Assembly (NCBI GenBank): GCA_020184695.1
Contig: JAANOX010000173.1
Location: 1 to 39,230, forward strand
Source of the DNA: Histomonas meleagridis 2922-C6/04-290x
Lineage: Eukaryota > Protista > Parabasalia
DNA: 39,230 nt
Reading direction: 5' to 3'
The notes under the pieces were generated by a model. The model ran no database searches and was not told the DNA's origin. It saw nothing but the letters and a program-made list of their open reading frames with translations. How positions within the stretch are numbered: position 1 is the first letter of the stretch; every line of letters begins with the position of its first letter. The translations under genes were made by a program, and so were the position numbers. Positions 9,490 to 19,051 of the stretch are shown piece after piece.

Positions 9490-11109
9490 ATGGCGCAAAA
9501 AGAAGACGAACAGTTCCTTGCTGCGGCTGCCGAACTCGCTCAATACCTTATTGTTTGTTTCGAAAGTGGGCAAGAACCAGATTTACAACACAAAAAGCTC
9601 CAAGTGGCTCGAGATCTTGGATTATCTCGTGGATTAAGTACTTCTGAAATCATTGATGCAATTCCATCCAATTATCGAAGTAGGCTTCTTCCATATGTCA
9701 GAAAGAAGCCTGTTCGTACTGCATCTGGTGTTGCTGTAATTGCTTTCATGTGCAAACCTCATAGATGTCCACATGTTGAAAAGAATGGGTACGCTTGTTC
9801 TTATTGTCCTGGAGGGCCAGATAGTGATTTTGATTATTCATCCCAATCATATACAGGATATGAACCAACTTCAATGAGAGCCATTCGTTCTCGTTATGAC
9901 CCTTTTTCACAAGTCCGTTGTCGAATATCACAATTACAAAGTATTGGCCACTCTGCCGTCAAACTCGAACTTATTCTCATGGGCGGCACATTTCTCTGCT
10001 TAGACGAAGAATATAGAAATTGGTTTATTATGAACATGTATGCTGGCGTCACAGGGCACATATCCCACACGGTCAAAGAGGCCGTTGCGTATGCCGAATG
10101 TTCCACCGCACGAGCAGTTGCATTAACAATTGAAACTCGACCGGACTTTTGTTTCGCTTCTCATATTAATGACATGTTATCATATGGATGCACACGTGTG
10201 GAAATTGGTCTCCAATCAGTTTGGGAGGATGTCCTTAAAGAAGTTGGAAGAGATCATGGACGTGCTGAAGTCATGCGCTCATTTAGAGATTGTAGAAGAA
10301 GTGGGTTAAAGGTCACCGCGCATATGATGCCTGACTTGCCATTAACAGACTTCGAACGTGATTTGGATGGATTTACTGAACTATTTGAAAACCCTGATTG
10401 GAGGCCTGACGGCCTTAAACTGTATCCAACGTTAGTTATGAGAGGTACAAAACTTTATGACCAATGGAAAACTCACGTTTACAATCCTTTAGATCCAGAT
10501 GACTTAATTACTCTTATTGCTGAAATACTAAGAATTGTACCTCCTTGGGTTAGAGTATTCCGAGTACAAAGAGATGTACCTATGACCTTAGTATCGGCTG
10601 GTGTTGATAATGGTAATTTAAGAACATTGGCTATGGATAGATTAAAAGAAAGAGGTGGAAGATGTAGAGATGTTAGAGCTAGAGAAGTAGGAATTACCGA
10701 AATTAGGGATAAGATTCAGCCTGCAAAAGTGGAATTGGTCCGAAGGGATTTCGCAGCCGATGACGGTTGGGAAACGGTTTTGTCATATGAGGACGTTGAA
10801 CAGGACATATTGATCGGCTTGGTGAGACTTAGGGCACCCGGGGAGACGTTTAGAGACGAACTTCAGGGTGCCTCATTGGTAAGAGAGTTGCACGTTTATG
10901 GTCAAGTCGTACCAATCGAACAAAAAGATTTGTCAAGGTGGCAACATAAGGGTTATGGAACACAACTAATGAGAGAGGCAGAAAGAATAGCACAGGAAGA
11001 GCACGGATCAAAACGTTTGGCTGTAATTTCTGGTATTGGTGTTCGTGATTACTACCGAAAACTTGGATACAGACTTGATGGTTGTTATATGGTTAAAGAT
11101 TTTGAATAA
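9490..11109 (+). CDS. ELP3: Elongator complex catalytic subunit (radical SAM + GNAT)
   Basis: CKPHRCPH..CSYCPGG Fe-S cysteines, SYTGYEP, TIETRPD, DGLKLYP, RVFRVQRDVP, VRELHVYG, WQHKGYG, VISGIGVRDYYRKLGY. TCATT Inr at 9483. Confidence 0.97.
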   Translation: MAQKEDEQFLAAAAELAQYLIVCFESGQEPDLQHKKLQVARDLGLSRGLSTSEIIDAIPSNYRSRLLPYVRKKPVRTASGVAVIAFMCKPHRCPHVEKNGYACSYCPGGPDSDFDYSSQSYTGYEPTSMRAIRSRYDPFSQVRCRISQLQSIGHSAVKLELILMGGTFLCLDEEYRNWFIMNMYAGVTGHISHTVKEAVAYAECSTARAVALTIETRPDFCFASHINDMLSYGCTRVEIGLQSVWEDVLKEVGRDHGRAEVMRSFRDCRRSGLKVTAHMMPDLPLTDFERDLDGFTELFENPDWRPDGLKLYPTLVMRGTKLYDQWKTHVYNPLDPDDLITLIAEILRIVPPWVRVFRVQRDVPMTLVSAGVDNGNLRTLAMDRLKERGGRCRDVRAREVGITEIRDKIQPAKVELVRRDFAADDGWETVLSYEDVEQDILIGLVRLRAPGETFRDELQGASLVRELHVYGQVVPIEQKDLSRWQHKGYGTQLMREAERIAQEEHGSKRLAVISGIGVRDYYRKLGYRLDGCYMVKDFE

Positions 11110-11308
11110 AAAATTTTTTATAAAATTATATATTTGGCATTTCTTCCATTTAATTAAATGAACATTTTGAAACAAATCATTTTTTAAGTATCGTCTCTGG
11201 AAATTTTTTTAAGATACGAACTCTTGTTATGTATAACAGCTCACGTAGCTAATTATCCATTTTATGTTTGTAATCCGACAGACATAGTCAATTTACACAG
11301 AATTTCAG

Positions 11309-11881
11309 ATGGGGATTTTTCATTCCAAGAAAATTGATCTTCCTCAAGAAATTGACCATTTAGCACAAGAAGAAAAAATATTAACTGTAAGAGAAAAATA
11401 CATTCGCCCTGTTCACTTTTATTGGCTCTTATTTTTATTTTCTCTTTCATTATGCTTGTCAATACAATTTTCACCAAAAAGCATTTATGTCATCATTCCG
11501 TGGATAACTTTTGTCTTTTTCTTTTTGTATTTTCCTTTTTCAAGAGGATTGAGTAGAAGGAAAATCATTAAGGTTCAACAAAAGAAGGAAGAAAAAACTA
11601 ACCAGCTTTTAGACTCAATGAAGAATACACAATCTTTTATTTCAAATATGAAAACAAAGGAAGAAGAAACAGCTGAAATTGCAGATTTTTCAAATATTTC
11701 ACCAATTTGTATCCTTTGGGATAGAATCACTCACTCATATCAATTCAACAAAAATGCACTCATCTGTCCATATTGTAAAGCACACAATGGATTACATGAT
11801 CCAAAAGAATCTGTTGAGTACATCTGTCCAAACTGTAAACGTACTGTAACTAAAGTCGGAGAAAGCAAAAAACTTGATTAG
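11309..11881 (+). CDS. LNP1: Lunapark-like ER junction protein
   Basis: N-terminal MG (myristoylation-type), two adjacent TM helices, coiled coil, and C-terminal C4 ribbon ALICPYCKAHNGL...YICPNC. Confidence 0.8.
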   Translation: MGIFHSKKIDLPQEIDHLAQEEKILTVREKYIRPVHFYWLLFLFSLSLCLSIQFSPKSIYVIIPWITFVFFFLYFPFSRGLSRRKIIKVQQKKEEKTNQLLDSMKNTQSFISNMKTKEEETAEIADFSNISPICILWDRITHSYQFNKNALICPYCKAHNGLHDPKESVEYICPNCKRTVTKVGESKKLD

Positions 11882-12038
11882 TAAATACTCATTTGTAATT
11901 AATTTTTTGAAATTTAATCTTTTATTTGTAATACTTTTATACTTGTAAAAGGTATGATATATGAACGGAGGGGGTGTGTTTACGTTGAAGAGAAAAAAAT
12001 AAATCTTTTCATATACCAAAAAAATCTTTTTTAGATTA

Positions 12039-12095
12039 AACGGTTTCTAAATTAATGTACGTTAATTTTTTTAACGTACTTTGACGCGCCCAAAA
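12039..12095 (+). promoter_or_regulatory. CEP135-like promoter: AACGGTTT (M3/Myb-like), 9-bp inverted repeat and GCGCCCAAAA
   Basis: AACGGTTT at 12039-12046, GTACGTTAA-T5-TTAACGTAC at 12057-12079 and GCGCCCAAAA at 12086-12095, immediately before ATG 12099. Confidence 0.45.
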
Positions 12096-12098
12096 AAA

Positions 12099-14504
12099 AT
12101 GAAAAGTAATTCATATAGCGAAAATTCAGCTCGTTTTATTTCTCTTAAAAAGCGCCTTACAATAATGGGATACGGAGATCTCCCATTAGGCTTGGATTCG
12201 GCTCCTCTTGTTCAACAGATGTTAAATGATCTTGTTACAACAACTGAATCTCTTCGAGATAACGAAATGGAATTAAATCACACAAGGCAAAAGATTGAAA
12301 TTTTAGAAGCACAAATCGAACCGCTTCAATCAGAAAATACTCGCTTAACAAGAGAGAATGTTCAATTGCATCAACAACTAATTTCTTCATCAGAAGATGC
12401 TGTCAAACTTGAAAATCAACATTTTATTGTGTCTCATGAATTACAAACTGAAAATCGCAGGTTAAGGTTATTGAACCAAAAAGCTTCTCAACACGTTCAA
12501 GAACTTCAAAAAGCTCTTGATGATGCAAGAGAAAAATTGCAGAAGTCTTTAGCAGCTCCTTCTATAATGAAAACGCCCGAGCAATTAGACATGTTTCCTA
12601 AAAAGAATCGAAATAATTCAAGATCACAAAACACAACAAAGACAGGATCATCCATTATTTCCAAAGACAGCTTCCATTCTCCCACACTAACATTTGATCC
12701 AACCTTATTTAAAACAGAATTAGAAAATCTTCGCAAGGAAAGAGATGATGCTCTTAAAAATTCAGAAACTGCAACACATCGCATTGCCGAGCTTGAAAAT
12801 TCCATTAAATTCCGTGATGATGAAATTCATCGTCTTGGCCAATGTCTTCAAAGGGAAACAGGCAAAAATGGTTACTTAGTTTCTCTTCGTCATAAATATG
12901 AACAACAAAATGATGAAATTGATAAACTTAGAGCTCAAATTCGTGTTGGCCGATCACCAAAGAAACCTAAAGAAAAGAAACATTTAACATTAACAGCACC
13001 AAAGCCATTATTTTCTAACGAAAATATTATTGATCTTGATGATGCTACATTACTTTCACCACTCTCTAATCTCCTAGAAGAGGAAGAAGAAGAATTCTCT
13101 GATGAAGAAGATACACCAAAGCCAAAACCACCTATTACGCCAGAAGCATTTGTTTTAATTGAAGAGGAAGAAGAATCACAACCAGAAAAACCTATAGCTG
13201 AGTCACCGAAACAAAAGTCTTTTAGTTTTTCTAAATCTAAAAGTTCTGTTAAATCGAATGATTCTGATAATAGTAATGATGAAAATGAACTTAAAGAAAA
13301 AATTGAATCATTAACTAATGAAATTTCTAAAAAAGATCAAATTATATCTTCAATGACAACAGATTTCACATTTCTTTCTGAGAACATGCAAAAATTAATG
13401 AAAGAAAAAGATGAAATCATTAAACAACTAAAAGAAAAGTTAAATGAACCAGCAGAAATAATAATCGATACTGGAAAATTAGATAAATTGCAACAGCAAC
13501 TCGATGACTTGAAAGATGAATATGAAGAAAATGTTTCATCAAAAGACAAACAAATTCAACAACTTCAAGCACTTGTTCAATCACTTTCAATCAAAACAAC
13601 TCCACAACAATGTGTGGATTGTATGAAACTTCGACAAGAGCTTGAAAAAACACAAAATGAAAAGAATTTAACAGAACAAACATCAAATGAAAAAATGGAA
13701 AAACTTAAATTACGAATATCACAACTTGAAGTTCTTATTAGAGCTTCAGAAGAAAACAAAAGAGAATCAATTGTTTTAGATGAGCAACTTCAGATTGCGC
13801 AACATAAACTTACAGAACGAGATACACAAAATGAAAAATTACGAGCACAAATATCATCTTTAGAATCACAACTTAATACATGTAAATTATCACTTGAAGA
13901 AACTCAACGAAAAATACAAAAGCATCCAGATATAGAAGCAAAATATAAAGGAATCATTAACCAACTTAAAGCAGATCAAATTTCAATTACTAATGAAGCT
14001 AAGAAAGCAAAAATCGAACATAAAATGGCAAACGAAAGACTTATTGAAATGCAAAGACAAAATAGAGAATTACAAAGTAAATTACAAAAAGCAAGAGAAG
14101 AAGCATCAGAAAATCAAAAAGATGCAATCTTCCAAAGATCTAAAACAGAAGAAATCAAAAAAGCACTTGATGAGCAAAATGCAAGTATAACACGTGAATC
14201 ATTAGCTACATCAAAACATTTACAAGCTCAACTTAATGATAAAACTAAAGAAGCTGAAATGTTCCAAAAATTACTTTCAGATGCAAGGAAACAATTAGCT
14301 AACTTGTTAACAGGAACTATTCCACAATATAAAAAACAAATCAGCGTTTTAAATAGACAAAAAGAAGAAATGACTGCAGCAATTAATAGTGTTTCTAAAC
14401 TTGCGTCATATATAGAGCAACATGTAGATAATGACTCTTCAGATAATGTCGCTTTAATTTCGGCACTTCATCATCTGCAAGAGAAATTAAAACAATTTTC
14501 TTGA
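12099..14504 (+). CDS. CEP135: CEP135/Bld10-like basal-body coiled-coil protein
   Basis: The N-terminus RFISLKKRLTIMGYGDLPLGLDSAPLVQQMLNDLVTTTESLR...LQSENTRLTRENVQLHQQLI matches the conserved CEP135/Bld10 N-terminal block as I recall it. The rest is coiled coil with an acidic/Pro-rich insert. ATG at 12099. Confidence 0.8.
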   Translation: MKSNSYSENSARFISLKKRLTIMGYGDLPLGLDSAPLVQQMLNDLVTTTESLRDNEMELNHTRQKIEILEAQIEPLQSENTRLTRENVQLHQQLISSSEDAVKLENQHFIVSHELQTENRRLRLLNQKASQHVQELQKALDDAREKLQKSLAAPSIMKTPEQLDMFPKKNRNNSRSQNTTKTGSSIISKDSFHSPTLTFDPTLFKTELENLRKERDDALKNSETATHRIAELENSIKFRDDEIHRLGQCLQRETGKNGYLVSLRHKYEQQNDEIDKLRAQIRVGRSPKKPKEKKHLTLTAPKPLFSNENIIDLDDATLLSPLSNLLEEEEEEFSDEEDTPKPKPPITPEAFVLIEEEEESQPEKPIAESPKQKSFSFSKSKSSVKSNDSDNSNDENELKEKIESLTNEISKKDQIISSMTTDFTFLSENMQKLMKEKDEIIKQLKEKLNEPAEIIIDTGKLDKLQQQLDDLKDEYEENVSSKDKQIQQLQALVQSLSIKTTPQQCVDCMKLRQELEKTQNEKNLTEQTSNEKMEKLKLRISQLEVLIRASEENKRESIVLDEQLQIAQHKLTERDTQNEKLRAQISSLESQLNTCKLSLEETQRKIQKHPDIEAKYKGIINQLKADQISITNEAKKAKIEHKMANERLIEMQRQNRELQSKLQKAREEASENQKDAIFQRSKTEEIKKALDEQNASITRESLATSKHLQAQLNDKTKEAEMFQKLLSDARKQLANLLTGTIPQYKKQISVLNRQKEEMTAAINSVSKLASYIEQHVDNDSSDNVALISALHHLQEKLKQFS

Positions 14505-14530
14505 AACTTTTAGATCTGTTTGTGATTAAA

Positions 14531-14560
14531 AAACCGTTTGACACTTTTTTGTTTTGGCGC
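14531..14560 (+). promoter_or_regulatory. HMG-box gene promoter: AAACCGTT (M3-like, reverse) and TTTTGGCGC
   Basis: The motifs are at 14531-14538 and 14552-14560 in a 99-bp spacer. Confidence 0.4.
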
Positions 14561-14603
14561 TAAATTTTAACAGCTAAATCTTAATCAAAAATTTTCCCAA
14601 AAT

Positions 14604-15080
14604 ATGAACGAAGTTAAAGAAGTTCCAAATGAAAAATATAACTCAAACCTTAACACAGACAATACGCAACTATCAAGGAAGAATAAGGCAAATCGAAAAA
14701 GGCCCCCAAACAGCTTTCTTTTATATTGTTCTGATCAAAGAAAGATCTTAAAAGAAAAAAAACCTAATCAATCTGCCACTGAAATGATGAACGAAATGTC
14801 AAAGTCTTGGAGTGAACTTCCAAGAGAGGAAAAAAATGAATATTTTAATAGAGCAAAAAAACTCTTTGATGAATTTAAATCTCAAAATCCTGATTACAAG
14901 TACAAATCCCAAAAGCAAAAAAAGAAGAAAAAGTCAATTAAATCAGTTGGCGATGGATTAGATTCGCTCCAACTTTTAAATCATTTATTCCAAAACAAGC
15001 CATTTTTACTTCAGCAAATTTTCGAGAATAAGGATAAAAGTGGGCGACCAAATATTTTTCAATGTATATTTCCTGAATAA
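14604..15080 (+). CDS. HMG-box protein (SOX/MATA-type single box)
   Basis: KRPPNSFLLY...SATEMMNEMSKSWSELPREEKNEYFNRAKKLFDEFKSQNPDYKY followed by a basic tail. Confidence 0.9.
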   Translation: MNEVKEVPNEKYNSNLNTDNTQLSRKNKANRKRPPNSFLLYCSDQRKILKEKKPNQSATEMMNEMSKSWSELPREEKNEYFNRAKKLFDEFKSQNPDYKYKSQKQKKKKKSIKSVGDGLDSLQLLNHLFQNKPFLLQQIFENKDKSGRPNIFQCIFPE

Positions 15081-15202
15081 AAATATCATTTCAATTTCTT
15101 TTTTTGAAACACTTCCACGAGAAGATTTTCTTACAAAACATTTGCAAAACCTGTATTATTTAATTAAAAGATATTTTTGAAAAATAACCTTTAAAAAAAC
15201 AT

Positions 15203-15904
15203 TTATTTAAATTTTTCTTCTTTTGTAGGTAATCTTAGTTTGAAGTGCCTTACAATTGTTGGTAAGTTCAGTAATTTATCTCCGGCAATATTTGGATTTA
15301 ATCTATTTATTTCTTTTCCATCTTTGAAATGGATAATTGTAGGGATCTGTCTTAAGGTTCCATTTGTTGATGAAATCTTAAATTCTTCCTGAGCTTTTGG
15401 TGACTTTCCGATATCGAACCTCGCAAATAAACGGTTTTTCGCTGAGTACTTTTCAGCAATTTGAATGAAAACGGGGGTTACCGATACGCATCTGTCTTCC
15501 CAAGTTGTGTAGAACAAAACGTAACATTCTGGAACTGTTGCGATGTAAGGCCGTAATAAATGTTCTTGAAGTGTTGCAACTCTACCAGTAACCTCAAAGA
15601 ATGGAGGGTCAATACCGAAATGAACAATTATTGCTGCTAAAGTGAATGGAATTGCCCATTTAATATCAAACATAAACATTATACCTGCCATAATAACGTG
15701 AGCAATCTTTATTGCAAAAACAAAAAATCCTAGCCATGATTCAACACGAACCATACGAATCAATAAAATAACTCCCAAAACGCCCAAGCTTTTGAACTCG
15801 TAATCCGACAAATTTTTGTTATCTATTTCTTTTGATAATGTTCTGAAAGCCAAATAAACAGACGTAAGAATTAATTGAACGCAAAGATAAGAATAAAGTT
15901 TCAT
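15203..15904 (-). CDS. TMX2-like membrane thioredoxin-domain protein (no CXXC)
   Basis: Three N-terminal hydrophobic segments, then a thioredoxin fold VLFYTTWEDRC..VTPVF..IAEKY...FARFDI...QIPTIIHFKDGKEINR. It has a single Cys, as in TMX2 (SNDC). Basic C-terminus. Likely ATG at 15904. Confidence 0.75.
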   Translation of the reverse strand: MKLYSYLCVQLILTSVYLAFRTLSKEIDNKNLSDYEFKSLGVLGVILLIRMVRVESWLGFFVFAIKIAHVIMAGIMFMFDIKWAIPFTLAAIIVHFGIDPPFFEVTGRVATLQEHLLRPYIATVPECYVLFYTTWEDRCVSVTPVFIQIAEKYSAKNRLFARFDIGKSPKAQEEFKISSTNGTLRQIPTIIHFKDGKEINRLNPNIAGDKLLNLPTIVRHFKLRLPTKEEKFK

Positions 15905-16148
15905 TGTTCTTGAACAAACAAACAAACAAACCTCATTCAAATTGCACTTATAGTTTTTTTTCGTCGTTGGGCCGCCCTGTCAGATAACCTCCGCTAAATT
16001 GAGGTAAAATTTCTACGGCGTTCAATATGCCTATTGTTCTCATTTCTGTCGGCATTCGGATTTGAATACTGAGGCCCCATCAATTGAATGAATTATCGGT
16101 TTTCAAATATTATCAAAATTCAATGAACGAAAGAATTGGTTCACTTTA

Positions 16149-17696
16149 ATGCAGGTTAACGTAACTGTACACGGAAACGCATCTCCTGAAGATATCGCTC
16201 AAATGAATGCAGATATGGGTCAAGCAATGGGAGAAATGGGTGCCGCTATGGGTGGCATGGGTTATGCTATGGGAACTGCTATGAACGCCACTTTAAACGC
16301 AGCTACAAATATGGCATATACAGCAGAAGTCAATGCTCCAAATGTTGCTTATACTGCAGAAGTTACAGCCCCATCTGTCGTTAACATGGCTGCTAATGTT
16401 ATCGACAATACTGTCCACGGAATTAAAAAAGAAATGAAGAAAGAGATGAAAAAGGCAGCTGGTTTCATTGATGCAGCTAACAAGATCCGCATTGAACTCA
16501 TTAATCCAACAGGAACTGGATATTACGTAGGTGGTGATGTTGTCCGTGGTAAGATCCATCTTAATTGCGTTGTTCCATTCTCTTGCAATGGCGTTATCCT
16601 TCAAGTCAAAGGTGAAGAAAAATCCAAATTCCAAGATATCTATTGGGAAACCGAAGGCGAAGGTGAAAATGCACGTCAAGTTAAGAAGATCAGAGAGCTC
16701 AAAGCCTCTAAAGAATTCTTCAATCAAAAACTTGTTCCATATCCAACAGGAGGAATCATCCCAACTGGTGTTTATGAATATCCATTTGAATATCCACTCC
16801 CACCAAATCTTCCAGGCTGCTTCAAAGAAAAGGGCGGTGATTGGAAATATGGTGATGGCTGGGAAGGCAAAATCAGCTACAAACTTACAGCCACAGTTGA
16901 TGTTGCATTTCTTAATGACCTTAAGCACAAAGTTAACCTTGTCATTAATGAGAAATTCGACAAACTTGTTCAACCATCATTTGCCAAAGATGAGAAGAAG
17001 TTCCTTATCGGTGATGGCAAGCTTGCAGTTAACATCTGCCTTGATAAGAACGCATATTTCCCAGGCGATCGTGTCTTAGCCAAACTTGAAGCTAATAATA
17101 CATCAGTCAAGCCAACCACAAAAGTCGTCACTAAGGTTATGCGTCATGTTGTCTTACATGCCAAAGGTGAAAGACGCGAAGTTAAGCATCAAGTCCATCG
17201 ATCAGAACATCCTGGATTCTCACCATGCTTCTATGGTATCAAATGGTTACCATTCTATGTCCCAATGAATGTTCCACCATCCACAAAAGGTACATTAGTT
17301 GAATCATTTTATAAGTTCATTATCATTTGTGACATTCCAGGAGCTATTGACCTCGAAACTCCATTAAATGTACGTATTCTTGCACCACAATTCCTTTACT
17401 CTACAATACCACCACAACCAGAAGAATTGCCACCACCACAAGATGTATCATTTAGACCTCCATGGGAAGAAGATGACAAAGTTAAGTGCTGCCATAAATG
17501 TGGAGCTAAGTTCTCATTGTTCAAGAGAAGACATCACTGCAGACATTGTGGCTTGATATTCTGTGATGACTGTACAAAGAGAACATCAACAATTACAAAT
17601 TTGGCATATTCGACACCTGTACGTGTTTGTGATGATTGTTATCCTATTGCCCAAACTGGTGGTAACTTCTATCAAACAGTTCCAAATGCTGTCTAA
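16149..17696 (+). CDS. Arrestin-domain (N + C) protein with C-terminal FYVE finger
   Basis: Arrestin_N (YYVGGDVVRGKIHLN..KGEEKS..YEYPFEYPLPPNLPGCF), Arrestin_C (LDKNAYFPGD..LPFYVPMNVPPST) and FYVE (WEEDD..CHKCGAKFSLFKRRHHCRHCGLIFC..VRVCDDC). TCACT Inr at 16141. Confidence 0.92.
   Translation: MQVNVTVHGNASPEDIAQMNADMGQAMGEMGAAMGGMGYAMGTAMNATLNAATNMAYTAEVNAPNVAYTAEVTAPSVVNMAANVIDNTVHGIKKEMKKEMKKAAGFIDAANKIRIELINPTGTGYYVGGDVVRGKIHLNCVVPFSCNGVILQVKGEEKSKFQDIYWETEGEGENARQVKKIRELKASKEFFNQKLVPYPTGGIIPTGVYEYPFEYPLPPNLPGCFKEKGGDWKYGDGWEGKISYKLTATVDVAFLNDLKHKVNLVINEKFDKLVQPSFAKDEKKFLIGDGKLAVNICLDKNAYFPGDRVLAKLEANNTSVKPTTKVVTKVMRHVVLHAKGERREVKHQVHRSEHPGFSPCFYGIKWLPFYVPMNVPPSTKGTLVESFYKFIIICDIPGAIDLETPLNVRILAPQFLYSTIPPQPEELPPPQDVSFRPPWEEDDKVKCCHKCGAKFSLFKRRHHCRHCGLIFCDDCTKRTSTITNLAYSTPVRVCDDCYPIAQTGGNFYQTVPNAV
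16314..16379 (+). repeat. In-frame 33-bp tandem duplication (AYTAEVNAPNV / AYTAEVTAPSV)
   Basis: Two adjacent 11-codon units with synonymous divergence in the arrestin-FYVE N-terminus. Confidence 0.8.
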
Positions 17697-18048
17697 TAAA
17701 GACAAATGATATTGGATGAACTTTTCTTTTCAAACCGTTATTTTTCTGAGCTTTACAAACTTCTTACAGATGAGGTAAAATTTATTTTGCAGTGATACAT
17801 CGCCAGTCATAAGGATGTGGTTGGAAAATGGAGTGAGGGAAGAAAACTGAGCACAGGCGTTGGCATATTTGTTTGCATGAATAAGATCATATTGGAATGT
17901 TCGAAAATCGAACAAAGTTCCTGAATAATTCAATGTAACCCCATTTAATTGAATTTGATCTGATCGATCAGGCATCACAACGGCAGCAGTTTATGTCAAT
18001 TAACAAATACAATTTTGAATCACAATCAAAATCACTTCATTTTTTTAG

Positions 18049-18587
18049 AAGGAACAAATTAAAATCGTTCTTACTGGAGATTCTCAAGTTGGCAAAACAT
18101 CTGTTTTAGAAGCATTGATATCTGGCACCTTTAAACCCGACATGGCTTCAACAACTATCGCATATACAAAAGATCATCAGATTCAAGTTGAAAATGGAAC
18201 TGCGAAATTAAACATATTCGATCTCTCTGTAGAAGAAAAATATAATAGTATAAATTCAATGTATTATACATTATGTCCATTTGCAATCATAATTTTTGAT
18301 GTGACACAAGAAAAACTTTCCAATCATTAGAACAGTGGATAAAAAATGTTATAGAAGGCAGCAGACTCGGCATGCCTCGATTTTTTATCGTTGGAAATAA
18401 AATCGATTTAGTTGAGCAAAGAGTAGTAAACTCATCAGATGCAAAGAAATTTGCCGAAGAACATCAAGCTCAATACTTTGAAACATCTGCTCAAACAGGT
18501 GAAGAAATTAAAGAATTATTCAAAGCTGTTGCAGAGTGTCCTCCAAACAAACGAGAAGAATATCCAGAAAATCCATTTAGTAACTAA
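18049..18587 (+). pseudogene. Rab-like small GTPase lacking a start codon and with a frameshift
   Basis: KEQIKIVLTGDSQVGKTS (G1) starts at 18049 directly after TTTTTTTAG with no ATG. The A5 run at 18311-18315 is one base short of joining DVTQEK-TFQSLEQWIKNV to VGNKIDL (G4) and FETSAQTG (G5). G3 is degenerate (FDLSVEE) and there is no C-terminal Cys. Confidence 0.8.
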
Positions 18588-19051
18588 ATCTTAATAAGAT
18601 AAAAAAGTTATGTTTTTATTACTACGTTAGTATAATATATATTTTATTACATAGTGTCAGAAAACGCAACGTAGATTTATAATTTGTAATTTTTTCATAC
18701 AATAATTTCATTTTTTGATTGCTTTTATTTTCTCTATCATAGCATATATATTTATGCAATGAAACAATTTAAATTTATGCCTTACAAAAATTTATGTGGT
18801 TGATGTAAGTGAGTGTATTTTGCAATTTATTGTGAACATTTGTTTTTGAATTGTGGTTACTTCCTCTATGTTTATTCTTGGTATTTTGCTGCAAAGCTTA
18901 AAAATAAATGTTTCTGACTTTTGAAAGATATTTCGTGTAAGGACACACCTTGAACTTTTTGATTAGTTTACATGTAAACTGAAAATTTCAGAACTTTGTT
19001 CGAGTTTTGAGAACAGAATACGCCAGCCCAAAAAATTCTAAAAATCAAAAA

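Noticed and set aside
16293-17556. Long antisense and alternate-frame ORFs over the arrestin-FYVE gene (also 12506-12805, 27439-27906, 34398-35428, 914-1228)
   Set aside because: They are shadow ORFs of recognisable genes, produced by codon bias or local GC richness, and carry no motifs of their own.
17989-18048. Intron ending at the TTTTTTTAG before the Rab-like frame
   Set aside because: There is no CTAAY branch motif next to the AG, and the candidate upstream exon has a stop with no ATG.
18300-18345. Euplotes-style programmed frameshifting at stop codons as a general explanation for split genes
   Set aside because: The Rab consensus (TFQSLEQW) is restored only by an indel in the A-run upstream of the stop. 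The duplicated ERICH2-like copies differ in run length, which points to indels.
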